DNA from: Phoronis australis
Taxonomy: Eukaryota > Animalia > Phoronida
Reading direction: 5' to 3'
Assembly (NCBI GenBank): GCA_002633005.1
Contig: NMRA01000005.1
Coordinates: 89,842 to 153,841 of the forward strand
Length of the DNA: 64,000 nt
Part shown: piece after piece, positions 12,869 through 26,494 of the stretch
How the letters are laid out: the number at the start of each line of letters is the position of its first letter
Position numbering within the stretch: position 1 is the stretch's first letter
Position numbers and translations under genes: made by a program
Notes under the pieces: model-generated
What the model saw: only the letters and a program-made list of their open reading frames with translations
The model's database searches: none
Told to the model about the DNA's origin: nothing

Positions 12869-14042
12869 ATATATATAGCTCATTGTGAAGGCCTATAAAA
12901 TTACACTCGTAATTTACGTTCTTCTATTACGCTCGTAAAAAGACGAGCGTGAAACGACAAGTGCAGAACGACGAGCGTTTAACAACAATCGTAAAACGAA
13001 GAGAATAAGTATCTCGAACGTTGATGTTATGTAGGAACCTATCTACTAGTCTGTGACGAAATCTCTACAAAACTACAGAATTTGACACATGGTCGATGAA
13101 TGCCTGCTGAATTGACACCTTTCTATGACTGTGTGGTGTGGCCTGCTTGCGCTATGAGGTGAGTATCTAAAACAAAAATTATATACGTACGTTTTTGTGG
13201 TACTGTTTGCATCATAATTCCTCATTTATTATCATTTTCTAAAAAATATCATTAAACACCTTCTCATTTGAAAGGAGCTTTTCTCAAACAAATGAGTTTG
13301 GAAAAAGGACTGAAATTGAATACTTCATAAGGTATTGTCCAGACAATCGCACACTTGCGAAGGCATTAAATGATTATTATATATTAAAACTTCTCTTCAA
13401 ATGGCAGTAAGTCCATGACTTACGCGAGTTTAGTAAATTTTCGTTCTGTCAAGTAGTAGTTTGGACAGAGGATGTCGGTATTTTGATAAACTTTCAAGAA
13501 CGGCAACAACATCTGTATTTGAGCATTTTAAGAGGCTGGGATTTTTGTCTAAACAAAATTGATGTTTTGTTTACAATGTGAGCAGAAACAGTTGTGACGA
13601 GTTTTATGTTGGTTTGGCAGCAACAACTTCTAAGACAGTTTGGACAATGCACTGTGTGCCCATTCAATGGTTACAGGTTAGGAGCGTTTCCTTTAACAAT
13701 TAAAATTGTTAAAGGGACTATTAATCCGAGTTCCGTTTAAGAAGCAACCTTTTGATTTAGACTGGCCACTTATTGCTATAAAATTGGTTATAATTTGCTT
13801 CTTAGATTAGTAATTTCTGGGCTTGCAAGGAGCTGACAGCTCGGTATTCTTCAAAACCACATGCTCAGCGCCTAAATCAAACCAAAGTCGCTAACGGTCT
13901 CTTATTGCATCCTCTCAGGGTAAAATAAAAATGAGGCAACGCTATAAAAACAAGACAGTGCCGGACATCGAATGCATTACAACGGAACAAAATTGATGCC
14001 ATTTATTTCTTAGATTATGCTTCGGGTATGATTTCATAAAAA

Positions 14043-14194
14043 CGTCCGATATTTAGGTCCGTCCGATATTTAGGTCCGTCCGATATTTAGGTCCGTCCGA
14101 TATTTAGGTCCGTCCGATATTTAGGTCCGTCCGATATTTAGGTCCGTCCGATATTTAGGTCCGTCCGATATTTAGGTCCGTCCGATAATGAGGT
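14043..14194. repeat. 17-bp minisatellite (CGTCCGATATTTAGGTC) x8 plus one degenerate copy
   Basis: Eight perfect contiguous copies read directly, followed by CGTCCGATAATGAGGT. Confidence 0.97.
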
Positions 14195-17100
14195 AATTCG
14201 AAATTTTGGATACATACTAATGGAAAAAATGTTGTAACGCTCAAGAGTTCGCGTAATCCCTGCTTCGATTTTGCGTAGGCTGGTGTTTTCGCCGGGCTGG
14301 ACTGGTGTAGCGTGGCGTGTCATTGCATAACGTAGTGTCAGGTAAACATGCACAAAATCACATATTTTCTGCGTACAGTAGTCCAGCAAAGGCACAGCGT
14401 AGGACACTGTAACAATAGTATATAGCGTACTATTCGTCGGTACTCCGCGTTTCGTGACTTTATGTAGGCCCGGTGTGAAACACTCGAACGGGCCCAGAAC
14501 ACCTAAACTTCTGTGAGTGCAACGAAGCACAGATTAGAAATTGTAAACACTATCATTAATATGGTGATTAGTGGTAAAAATAACGTAATCAGACGGTGTC
14601 CAATTAACATTTTATTAAAAATTCCTTTACTGGCAAATTAAATGTGACTCGATGGTCACAATTTTTCGCTGAAGACACTGTTTGGTTGTCTAAAATATTA
14701 ACATCTGAACGGGAAGCAGATCGCCCAGTCTTCTGAGTAGATTGCCGGTGTTCTGTTTTAGTTTGATTTAGTTTGTCTGTTTTCATCTTGGTGAAGTTGC
14801 ACGTTGTTGTGTTCAAAACATGCTACGTCGAACAAACATAAAGGCCTATCAAAACTCTAAACTTGAACGTTTCCTCTTGTGTAGTTCAGGTGTGATCAAT
14901 TGGTAAAACTACAAAGCATCTATGTTGTTTTATGACAAATATGGTAAAATATTGCATATCGTAAAGCATATAAAAGGCCGACAGGGGTTATTAATTTCAA
15001 ATGTGCCGATGTTTATAAAATATTTGACGTTTAATTACTTAATGGACAGAACAAAATTGGCCTTTGCTAATCGTCCGCTCCGAGGTCGTGTCACGTTGTT
15101 ACAGGGTCTCAAATGCATGATTTCTAATTCTGTTAATAAAACGGTATGAGCTTATGTGCTCGAATTTTGTCATTTCGTCGCTATCTAGCATGCAAGCAAA
15201 ATGGCAAACCCTGCTTCTACTGGAGATCCACGTTTATCAGTTTTAACCACCCCGTAGAGGAACTCGGCCAAGTTCCATAAATCTATGGGTCTTTGTTATT
15301 TTAAAAATGGTTAGTATTTTTATCAGTTTATCTTTTCATCGTAATCTATTTTGCCCGGTGTTCGCCACGAGCTATGGTGCGGAGTAAAACAAGATGATTG
15401 AGAGTAATGTCATTTATTATGACGCAGGTGGAAGAACTAAATAAGACTCTGCAAGATGGGCATGGGAAAAACTCCACCAGCGTGTACAATGAATTGTCCT
15501 TAATGATGGAACCAAAACAAAAACCAGAAGAACTGCCTGAAGGGCCTAAGGAAAATGTACAGAGTATAAACAAAAACTTCAAAAATGCCTAACATTTAAT
15601 GTACACTGAGAAAAAGAAAAAGAAAAAAAAATTGAACAGACACCAACGATGATTTGGGATTAATGCAGAATACAAACGTAGATCTTGTAGACTACGAGGT
15701 AGATGGCTCAAGAACAAAGAAAATATAAGTGACCAATCAGGCAGGTGTCGAGTAGAGAAATGTATGAATACAATGGTAGACCCTTGGTGCTATAAACAGA
15801 AATGAGTAATGCAAAATAAACCCAAAGGGTTGATATAAAAATAAAGTGACAAATGTCAAAATAATGACGATAAATGCATTTAACAAGTTATATTTAATTT
15901 CATGAGCTCTTCTCATAAGCCGGGTACAAGTGTACGGATGTCCAAATAGATTTTTTTCAGATTTTAGGCAAGTCACTTTTTGTGTGTTTTCTGCCAATAA
16001 GACTTGACTATAAACACTGCAACCCTAAATAGCAACGACGTTTTTTCCTTTTTTGATCGCGTCCGTGGGAGACCCCGAACCCCCTTAAATATGCATGTGA
16101 ATTCAAACATTGTCTTCGTCGAACTGTTTTTTCTGAGTAAATTTTAAGTTTAAACTTTACAGACAACGTCATAATGGTATTACAAACCGAATTTCATGGT
16201 TTTCGTTTAGTAGTACTACCTTTGTGTAAGTGTTTTGGATGAATCGTGACTTTACTAGCTCCAGCAGGTGGGTATATGGGATACCCATAGTGTACACTAA
16301 TGTAGAGACCAGTCTGCATTGCTTCCAATTTACCTGCAAGGAAGCCTAACTAAAGGAATTTAAGATTCTGAATCGTGAAGCTACAGTTGTGACTGATATT
16401 GGTTGTTTGCTGTATATTGTTTCTGTGGTTTTGCCCGCAACAAAGCTCAGCCTTTCACCATTTTATCGTAACATGAACGGAATGATATACGTAAAACGCA
16501 TTTTTTTCGAACTTATACGGTCAGGCGAACAAATCCGCGACATGACAAGTTAATTGCTAGTAACCGGAATTTTTTTGACGTATATATTGATATGGGCGCA
16601 AATCATGACTAAAAACACGAGTCTCCAAATGCATGCTCGGTGGGCGAATGAAGTCGATTACACGACCTCGCTTAAAGTCGATTAGTTTTCATTTCGATTG
16701 GTTAAATAATTTCTAGTATGACAACTTGTCAGTCAAGTATTCTTTAATAAACAAATCTGCGATGAAATGTTCTACATAAATCACGTGTCATGTCCGCGAT
16801 AAACAATTTCACTCTCAATCAGTTCCGGTTGTGGCTCCGCTACCGCTCAACCTCGCCCCTAGTTCGACACCAGCTCCACTTCCCCTTCATCGACGCCTGT
16901 TTTACCTTCACCGCCCGTAGACGTCGAGACCCCACCAAGGCAACAGATTTACGGCCGCCCTTTTAGTCCCTTACCAGGCAAGGTAAAGTTAATGGGGAAG
17001 GAGGGGGGGGGGCATAAACTAATTCGACATAGCCAAACCTTTTCCCTCATGGTCTGTAAGTCAGATTAGTTCTTATTACTAGCACTTACATGTAAGTCTT

Positions 17101-18879
17101 CCTCTGTATTCAACAATGTCCACAATGTCGAAGCCCCTCTCCACAGACCTGCAGACTGAACTCAGTGAAGACATCCGTGCTCCAACAAATTTTCGCCAAT
17201 TAGGGTCACTTCTTAGACTTGGGCATGTTACACAGTTACGCGGCTAGCGTATGATTTTGACCTTTAATGGCATCTTTTACGAATTTCACTTTATTAGGGT
17301 GCCTAAAAATACAAAATGATTTTAAGGGGTATAAAAGTAACGTAAGAACCGAATATCACGGGCTGCGAAATATGAAAAGAGACAGCATCACCTCATGGAA
17401 CATCGTGTCCGAAACTTCGGTTTCGCCGTTTCCGAAGGTGAAAGTGAGGCATGAAGTCATAAAATCAAGATTCATTTAAGCGGAATCTAATTTGGAGAAA
17501 GTTGACTTTGTTCGGTAGTGCATTGATGGGTACAACTTGAGAGGGCGCGCTTCCGGGTCCTTGGTACATTACCTAAGGAGTGTTTCAAAACCCTTTATTG
17601 AAAATAGGTACCCGAGTTTCAAGTGACTGTCTCCGGGGTCGGGCAAATGTCGTTGAACACCCTGCTAAAGTTCACCGAAACACCACTGTCTTAGACTATT
17701 ATTTCCGATTGACAAAATCACTTAATGCACTTTTTTGTAAGGGGTAGGATAAGAACTTACCAAATCTCAGCATTCGTGTTAAATTATAGCAATTCCCAAA
17801 ATGTTTGTACATCAGAAATTTTTGTAGAAACATAATCGTGTAAATCAGAACCCTTATAAGATACCAGAAGGGAAGAAGCTTGATAAGTTAACTGCCAGCT
17901 GTTAAGTTGTAAGAGTTTTTTCAATTCTCAATTCTCAATGTGGGATTTATGGCAATTCTCTGAGGATGAGTGCAGATATATTTCCTTCACTGGCAACCGG
18001 GAGAGCTCGAGAGACTGGCATACCACGTGGGGTTTAGGAGTACTTCAACAAGATCTTTTCATAATCTATTTATGTTAACGTGAACACTTGTTCATTCCAG
18101 TGGTAGGTTGTCAAAGGTTAAGTTAAACCTGCATTCGGTTATCATATTTCAGATAATATTTTTCAATATAATGTCGTTGTAAAGCATTTTGTGTTATCAA
18201 TCGCATGGCATTGCGAAACTTAATCAATCAACGGCATTTATGTTCTGTATTAAATCATACTTAATTCAGCTATGTCATTAGCTTTTCGCGTGAGTCTTTT
18301 GCACAAATTAACGCGTACTTTTAGTTCTTAATAGCGATCATTTATCTGCTCTTATTCAATGCGTACTTTTTCTCAATCAGCGCATAATTTTACCTAATGA
18401 ACGCGCTGAACTGGTTAATCGTTATGCGAAGTCAAAGAATGACAATTTCACATTCAGTACGTAACGGCGCCGTCTTTTAAGTGATCATTTGATAACAATC
18501 TGCATCATTCTTCAAAACTTGCCTTGCTCTCATATTGAAAGTCTTTTCCCATTTTGCAAAAGTGCGCATTGAATAAAAGCAGAACGATGATCTTTTAAGA
18601 ACTAAAAGTACGCGTTGATTAAGCAAAACTACGCGTTGATTAAGCAAATTTCAACACGCAGAAAGGTACTTGTTTAAAAACCTTTTGATGCTTCATAGAC
18701 ACGTAAAACCTGCAAGCGTAGTGTAAAACATGTACGCGCTCATTCGTGAACATGTAAAACCCGCACGCGTTTATCTGTAAACGTGTAAAACCCGCACGCG
18801 TTACCTACTGTCAGACCTGGAATTCCATACACTTTAACGCTTGCACTAATACAATTAACCTGGATTTCATTGAGTTCGG

Positions 18880-19825
18880 CAATACGAGATATTTGTATTG
18901 TGAGGAATTATTGCATTTTCTTAAAGAAATAAAATGAGAGTACAGAATGGCAGAACAGGCAAAGGGGATATTGGAGGAGTAACTTGTGTTACATACAACG
19001 CGGTGCAGCGTCCTTGACTATGTACTTGTAAGCAGATCTTTTCTGTATAACGCGACGGATTTTAAATCATGTGGCAGTTGGGAAAGTAGAGCTCTCATTT
19101 TCCAATGTAATAGAGTTTACTCAAAAGACATCGCGAAGATTGAGTTTCCGCAGGCATTCTAATATTATTTACTATTAGAATGGAGGTTTTGTGTAGGGGT
19201 AGTTTAGATGTGATTGACAAGGCAACGAAACTTTATGAGGAATTAATTAAAGATGTTGATTCAACGGTGGACAAATTAATTCACGTAATTAAACATTTTG
19301 CAAGCAGTATGGAGAAAAGCGTGACAAGCCTTTGTAGTGGAAATTAAGTTATAATCCAGAAGGATTGATTTCCAATGTAGAGGACTTCGGAGATATTGTT
19401 AAAAGACAAACTGAAAAATTATAGAAACAATACTAGTGTGCAGTTTGTGGTCATGTTTAGAGTTGAGAGCGTCCACTCTAGAAATGAATGCAACAGTTTT
19501 AAGTGGCAAAAGAAAACTGAATTTTGCAGACAGCAATTTCGCACAGGGAAAAAAGACAATAATAATATTTTGCCTCATGTTTGAAGTGAATGAAAAAGTT
19601 ATGTATGTCGCCAGGCAGTAAACCAGGCAAATGGTGAACTATTTTGAAACACTCTATGCTGGAATTGAGTCTGAAATCGAAGTGTTTCACATGTTTATTG
19701 ACAGTTGTAAATAATTTTCACTCCGAAAATGTCAAAAGTATTGTCGAGGAGCTTGATAGAGAAATAAAACTAGACGAGATATGCAAATGTATTTAAGTAT
19801 GAAAAACGGTAAATCGCCTGAGGTC
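18880..19825 (+). mobile_element. Decayed RTE-X-like LINE ORF2 fragment (AP endonuclease end to RT linker)
   Basis: Frameshifted translation gives NGRTGKGDIGGVTCVTYN..CSVLDYVLVS, then SHFP, and later ELDREIKLDEICKCI..KNGKSP. Confidence 0.75.
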
Positions 19826-21829
19826 TTTTCATGAAAAGTGACTCAAGACTTAAGATAGAAATTAGGTTTAACGACATAATAAAATTTCTCAGTCCGGCAA
19901 TTTGAATAACGCCACTTGACTGCACGCTCAAATAGGACACTGATTTTACCCCCCACCAAATACGTCACGAGAAGCAGCGCTCCAAGTGGTTGATTTTTTA
20001 GCTTTATTGGAGAATTAGCAAGAAGTGTACGAAGAATTGTACTTCACTCCTTGATATGAGTTTACCTCTTGCTTTTAAATTATTTGCGAAATCAATCAAC
20101 AACACATAGAAAACTATGCAAAATTTATTCAAAATAAAATAAAGTTCCCTTTTAACGTTGAGTACTAACACGTATTCAGTCACATTTGGCTATCCCAACA
20201 AGCTCAAACAAGGGTTACAGTTATGACCATTTGTGTTTATTAATACATTGAAAATAAGACTTGCCTGCTGGACCGGACTGTTTGTCTGTTCCCAGTACCT
20301 CGTGCAGAATGGTGAATGTTGGCCAATAGCGGAGTTGCAACTGAATCGATTTAACGATTGCGCATGTCCGGAAATTAGGGTGCGCAAAGGCTACTGGGAT
20401 TGTTGATGGTAAACGGGATGGCCGACTGGTTTGCACGACGTGTAATTTGTGTGCATTAAACTACGCTGCTGTATGTAATTCTGCCGCTATTCGCCCTAAT
20501 TAGCGCCCATGGCTCAACAAGTGCCCCAACGCGTTTTCAGACTTTGCTAAAGTAAGCGCCCAGCCCATGAACTACATGCGAAAAATGCCCTTACCTACAG
20601 TTCTAACGTCTCCAATTTATCAATTGAAAGATCCGACAGCCTGAATTTGTAACGGACCACGAGCCTCACCGTNATTTTTTCAAATTTCTGGCTTGTTTAT
20701 TAGCAAGAGGTAAGATGTATAGATAATTCAACAAAACACAAGTAAGATAATGCACTAATACTCTCTTGTCACATGTCAGAAGTATACCAATCTTGTAATT
20801 CGCTAACGTGTCCTTATCTTGAACTTTCGGTTTCAGAGCTGAACCGTCCATGCCGTAACTTCAATAGTCCTTTTGCGAGTTTATAACAATAACGCGAGAT
20901 TACGTGAGACTTAATTGTGACGTCACGGGAAGTGGGGCAAAAGCTTGTCGTTTGGACCATTACCCTCTGACACAGCGCCACCTATACTGCAAAGTGGCCC
21001 TGTGGAAACATGATGAACGACACACGGAATTCCGTGTGTGGGCATCAATGCGCATGCCTTGGTTTTACTTCCGATGTAAACAAAATGGTTCACTGTGTGC
21101 GTGAAAAGGTACCGGGTATATTGCTTAGTGTTCTGTTGCACTGGAATAATAATCATTTTGATGGAGTGCATTTGGACTCATCCTGAATCTAATTTACTGA
21201 TTTTAGACGTTTTATGTTCACGTTAGTTGTATAAAGTTCGAAATTGTGAACTTTCTAAGTCGTCATAGTTGGGTCTGGGACCGGCGCCAAGCCGGCTCAT
21301 TTTAGTAAGCCGAAGTCCAAGCGCGAGAGTGTTGGGTAGCCCTATGTTTAAAAACAATACCGTGGTAAGCGCCTGTGGTGCCAAGCTGATTAGCCTTGCC
21401 TTTTTATTGTCTTCTGTCTTTACAGCCTTCACTACAACGTCGTCAGAGTATTTTTAGGTTTTTGATTTGATCAATTGTTACTTTGTCTAATATCAGGTCA
21501 GATAGTGTTTGTGTGAGCCAGAGGCTGAAGACTGGGCTTGTGCTTGATAAGTTGTTAAGATACAGTTCAAACTTTTCAGGTGATCAAGGCATGTCAAGTA
21601 GGCTAATACACCTATGAAGACTCAGAGTCGATCTTGCTGTGTCTGACACTGTCCACTCACCAAGGGACATTTTTCTATTATTGAAACATTTAGCATTGTA
21701 TGGTGGTGTCAATATTTTTGAGGGGATTATCTGCATAAATTGTGAGACTCTTACAGACGATTCACACCAAAGTGACTCATTTCAAATCAAAAATTAAACA
21801 AACTCAGAAGTTGTGCAGACCCAAACGTT

Positions 21830-22439
21830 GTGAGATGGAGAGCCCAACTGTACCCTCGGCCATATCTGAAGTTAGAGGTGGCCAGCACAGAGAAACCCGT
21901 CGCAAACTTATTGAGCTCCAGCCAGCATCGGCTGTTCAAGAAGTACAGAAACGCGCACCAGCTGATGAGAATATTTGCAGTGATTTAGCACTGAACACTT
22001 CTTGAAATCTACAAGTGCATCTTCGTCTGAAAAGAAGGTTGTTGAAAGAGCTTCTAGTATTTTGAAGGATGAAGAACTGAAATATGCCATTACAGAACAA
22101 CGTATGAAGGAAAATGATGCTATAGCCAAATCCATAACTGGCTCAAAGCATGATGTATTTATCATTTACAAGTAAAGAACAAAACTCTTATGACATGTTA
22201 TTCCAGTTTGGCTGGACCATCATTGTCAATGAGATGAAACTTAAATTTCCGGTGTTGTTCTCACTTATTGTAAGGGTCATGTTAACTCCTGACAATAGGT
22301 CAAGCGGAAAGAAGGTAGATAGCATAATACCAAGAATTTCTGTTATAATGCCCTGTGCATGCAATCTAGAAGTCAGCCTCTTTGTCTGGTACAGCGAGTG
22401 ATATCGAATGTCCTGTTAAGTAGCTTAGTGGAGGTTAAG
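21830..22439 (+). pseudogene. Putative transposase N-terminal relic (DUF6589/AcademH-like)
   Basis: FQFGWTIIVNEMKLKFPVLFSLIVRVML..IIPRIS then, after a frameshift, YNALCMQSRSQPLCLVQRVISNVLL, ending at AAG|GTATGT; resembles the F.W..E....P.L / R....S..Q...S..L pattern recalled for this family. Confidence 0.45.
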
Positions 22440-24457
22440 GTATGTCACGTTCATCTTGGCTTAAAACAACTTTAAATTATTTTAAAGTCAGTGTAAATTG
22501 TGGCATTTTAGTACAATTTACAATACATGCCCATAGTCAGAATAAGAAAATGTAGAAAAATTCAAACAAAAAATACTAATTGATGCAAATCTGAATAGTT
22601 TTCTTCAACAACTTGTATTTCAGATAAACATTGCGTCTCTTTTGATAAAGTCTCTCTGTGGTCTATGTTTCTAGTAAACAGTGAACCAATGCATGAGCAG
22701 GTAATACATGAATACAATGCTACCTTGAAGGAGAGACATCTAAAGTTATTTTTTGTTTTATTTTTTTAAATTGTCACTGCTACTTAAGGTGTAACCAGCC
22801 AAAATTCTACTACAGTCAAACCTTGTTAGAATGAACCTGTTTTTAACGTTTGCTCACTCATAACATTCTTTTCCTAAGACAACTATACCACTTGGAAATT
22901 ACTTTGGTTAAATTTAACGTCAGATACAACGGGTTTTTCAAAAGTCTTGAGAGGTTTTGTTATAACATAATTTTTACTGTGTGTAAGTGCTTCACGGTAT
23001 ATTGTTGACCTTTCTCTATGTGTAAGGGAATGTACAAGCCAGGTGGTAAGAGTGTGCCTTCTACAGCTTAGTTTTCTGTTTCCAGTGTCAAGAGGGATGC
23101 TAATAACCCTCCTGGCATATCCTGTAATGACTGTGGCCCTTCGAACTTTAGTAATTTATAGATGCTTCTTCTGGCTTTCTACTTTGAGAGATGCTTAATG
23201 TTCTCTAGCGTCACTGGTATGTGACTGCGCAAGCATTCTGGGGACTAATTATTGGTGAATGTGCATGCTCAAAAACTTTGAAAACCTATAAGAAATGAAA
23301 AAATATTCAATGCATGGTAAAAATTCTCCAGTTTGGGACAATGAACTTTTAAATTATTTTTGCTCAGTGTCAAGAGGTTGTACCGTACAAAATTTTGAAA
23401 GTAGGCAATAAAGGGTATACCATGATGTTGTTGAACAGCTGATTCTACTTTCATTCTATGTTGACACAAAATGCATTGCGAAATTTAGTATAAATATGAT
23501 GGACAACACCAAAATAAATCATTGTCTCTAACCATGAAAATTCAACTTTGGCTGGTCGTATTTTAGTGGCTGCCCCAAACTGGAGAATATATATATATAT
23601 AGACTAAAAGTGGGTGGACCCTCAAGAAGAGGTCTCATTGCCGCACTCTCACTGCTTGTGATCATTTTTTAGTGCCCGTGCCTGCACACATACACACTGG
23701 GATTGGAAATCAGCTTTTCCTATAACACTGTTGTCTACAGCATGCACTTTTGTTTGTTTAAATATCGAAATAACTTTTGTGGAAACTGGTGGTATATATT
23801 GTAGTGTACTTAAGTATGCCTGTTTTGATCATACTGCATTCGAATAAAATTCCGGTTCCATGATGAGATGCTGAACAAATAATTGCAGTTGACATGCTTA
23901 AAAAATGACATCTAGCTCTGAGGAATATGGACATTTTTGGAAATTGCCATTTTGTCATGATTATTGCCTGTTATAATTAAATCTGCAGCTGTTGTTTACA
24001 GAGGGTACATTATGTAGTCATAAAGAAACTGTTATTAATTAAAAAATGAAACTGTTATTATTTAATCCTGATTGAAGTGTACAGATTTTCCAGGTATTTG
24101 ACCGTCTTTCAGCTATTGGTATAATTCTTAATGTATCACTATGCTAATTTGGTGCCAGGCATTTAATAATAATAAAAATAAAGTGTTTCTGTTAAGAATT
24201 GTTTCTGCTCAGGCAAGTTGAATTTTAAAATTTTGCAGATCTGATGCTCTATGTTTCTTATCCTTGTCATCCCTGATTTTGTGGATTTTGTTAAATGGCT
24301 TTCATATTCGGTATTGAAAAATTTGATGATCAATTGTTGGCCGTGTTGGAGTTCATGAGGCTTGATTTTAGCAAGTGTGATTGTTATCACCTAGCTCCTG
24401 CTTGGCCCCTTGCCAAACCAGATCAAGGCTATGTTGGCCATTGTGATCGACTAATAG

Positions 24458-24737
24458 CAGGGGCGGATCCAGGATTTTGAGTTAAGGGGGGGGGCCAGGG
24501 GATAACCAGAATTTCGGCAGATGCGCAAGCCCAGCCTAAAATGTGGGGATGCAGGGGTCTCGAATTTTGGGTTTGAGAACCTGTTGACTAAAAAAAGAAA
24601 GGGGTATGCATTGCCTAATCACCCCCGAGCCCCCCTGGTTTCACGCATGTGCAATTCGCATCAGAACTCCAAAATGGTATCTGGTAGAATTTTAGAGGGG
24701 CCATGACCCCCTTGCCCCCCCCCTAAATCCTCCACTG
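24458..24737. mobile_element. MITE with CAG..CTG termini and 5-bp TSD
   Basis: CAGGGGCGGATCCAGG ... CCTAAATCCTCCACTG, flanked on both sides by AATAG; G/C homopolymer subterminal runs. Confidence 0.8.
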
Positions 24738-24844
24738 AATAGAGCCAAGTTACGTGACCTCATGTAATTATGAAAACAAAGTTAGTGTTCACCAGTTCAC
24801 CTTCTTCACCAAAAGAAAGAATTAGAGCTTCCCGGCTATTTATC

Positions 24845-25100
24845 TCTGTTGGGCCAGAATGGCATTCAGCGGGCCGATTACTAGACACACAGACTTTACT
24901 GAGTTCTCAAATTGTCGCCGGGCTGCAAGCAAGTCCGTGTAGATAGGCAGTACTTCCATCATCCCGTCGGCAATATACCGACCACATGGCCACCACTGAC
25001 ACACACCTTTACACATCGGATTTGTTTCGGCTTAAGCCACTGTGTCGGGGTTTTCTTGGTCTTATTCACTTCCACCACTGTCCGTTTTAATAAAATGCAA
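24845..25100 (-). pseudogene. RecQ-like SF2 helicase N-terminal relic
   Basis: LKPKQIRCVKVCVSGGHVVGILPTG (Q motif/motif I, broken by stop and frameshift) followed by KSVCLVIGPLNAILAQQ (motif Ia). Confidence 0.7.
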
Positions 25101-26494
25101 CTACTTAAATCCGTGGTCGCCACACTTCGTAATTTGTAAACTGAAAAGGGTTTCCCAACTTTCAACCAATGGGAATGGCGGAATGTTATGTTGTCAGTTT
25201 CATTACTTTAACCAATGGGAGGCCATATTAAACAACATTCTACAGTGCTAACTTTCTTGTTAAGGGAAGGCCTTAGGTCTTGAGTGGAAATAGCCTCCTG
25301 TAGTCTATTAAACCAGTTCTTTTCTCTGCATAAGATCTCAAAGTTTGCCAAACAGGAAGGATGAAAGTTTGAAGAACTTGAAGACCACTATGTGTGAATA
25401 ACACAAGGCCAATATTTTCGATGGTTTGGTAACGATGGAATCATCTTTTCCCATCAAATTTAAAAAATATCATTTCTTTTGAAGATCATTATTAGGAAAG
25501 TATTCGGTTGATGAGGGGGGGGGGGGGGGGTGGCTCGTAGTAGACTTGCATATCCCAGTGAAATTGGCGGAAGAATGATTTTTTGATAACCTTGTGGGGT
25601 GTACATGTTTAACGAATTATTAAATTTCTTTTAAAAAGTATGTGGACTACGATTCTCGGAATGCAAGTTTAACTCTTAAATTGTAAAGTGATATGCCGGT
25701 AATGAACCAGAGTTCACGTTAACCCTAAGGAATTCTGATAAATTTCTTGAGGCGGCCTCCAAACCCCTGTGGGATGCTCCGCCTCCCCTGCGGCCCGGTT
25801 GCCCGTCAAGTACTGCCTTCGGGAATCGCCCACAAATTCCATTATATCAGCGTGTATCACGGATTTCAAAAGTCTTGCAACTTAACAACCACCACGCAAT
25901 TCAAATGTGACGCCCTACGTCCTGTTCTGGTAATCTTTACGAGTTCATTGGCTTCGAGTTTACGTGCCTATGTATTTACGAGAATGGATAGTTCCATATA
26001 CTTTACTGAAAATAAGAAGTTAATCTTGTAAGAACTTTAAGACACTTATGACTGATACAGGGTGAACTTTTGAGTAAATTCAACTCCAGCTTCTAAATTG
26101 GGCTAATTCTAGAAATTGGACATGGAATGGAACATATTTAAAAAAACAATGATGTTCATAAGAGATATTACTGCAAATAAAATTTCCATACGTTGCATTA
26201 CACATAGTTTTTACGTTATAAATCAAACCTTTGTAAGGTATGAACCACTTAAAACTGGATGACTTCATTTTTCAGGAAAAAGGCAATTACAGAGAAGGCC
26301 ACCTAAGCGACTCTTCAAATTAATCCTGTCAAGCAGACGATCCATTGAGTTAAGACCAGACTTGCCCAGTCCACCAGCCGATCGCCTGAGGCAGACGACA
26401 GTTTCATCCACGCGACAAGATCCTAAGAGAGACACCTGCTTACTCCAGTCAACACGAGTGAAGCGTTTGGTAACCAGCCTAGCGTGAACAAAGA

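Noticed and set aside
14043-14194. Possible CRISPR array
   Set aside because: Repeats are contiguous with no spacers, there are no cas genes, and the DNA is eukaryotic.
15346-15730. Purine-rich coding-like stretch (ORF 15398-15592)
   Set aside because: No recognisable domain and no coherent splice structure; cannot be assigned.
17530-17660. SINE-like core (AGGTACCCGAGTTTC) with an inverted relative near 34780-34950
   Set aside because: No tRNA-like head with A/B boxes could be traced and boundaries are undefined.
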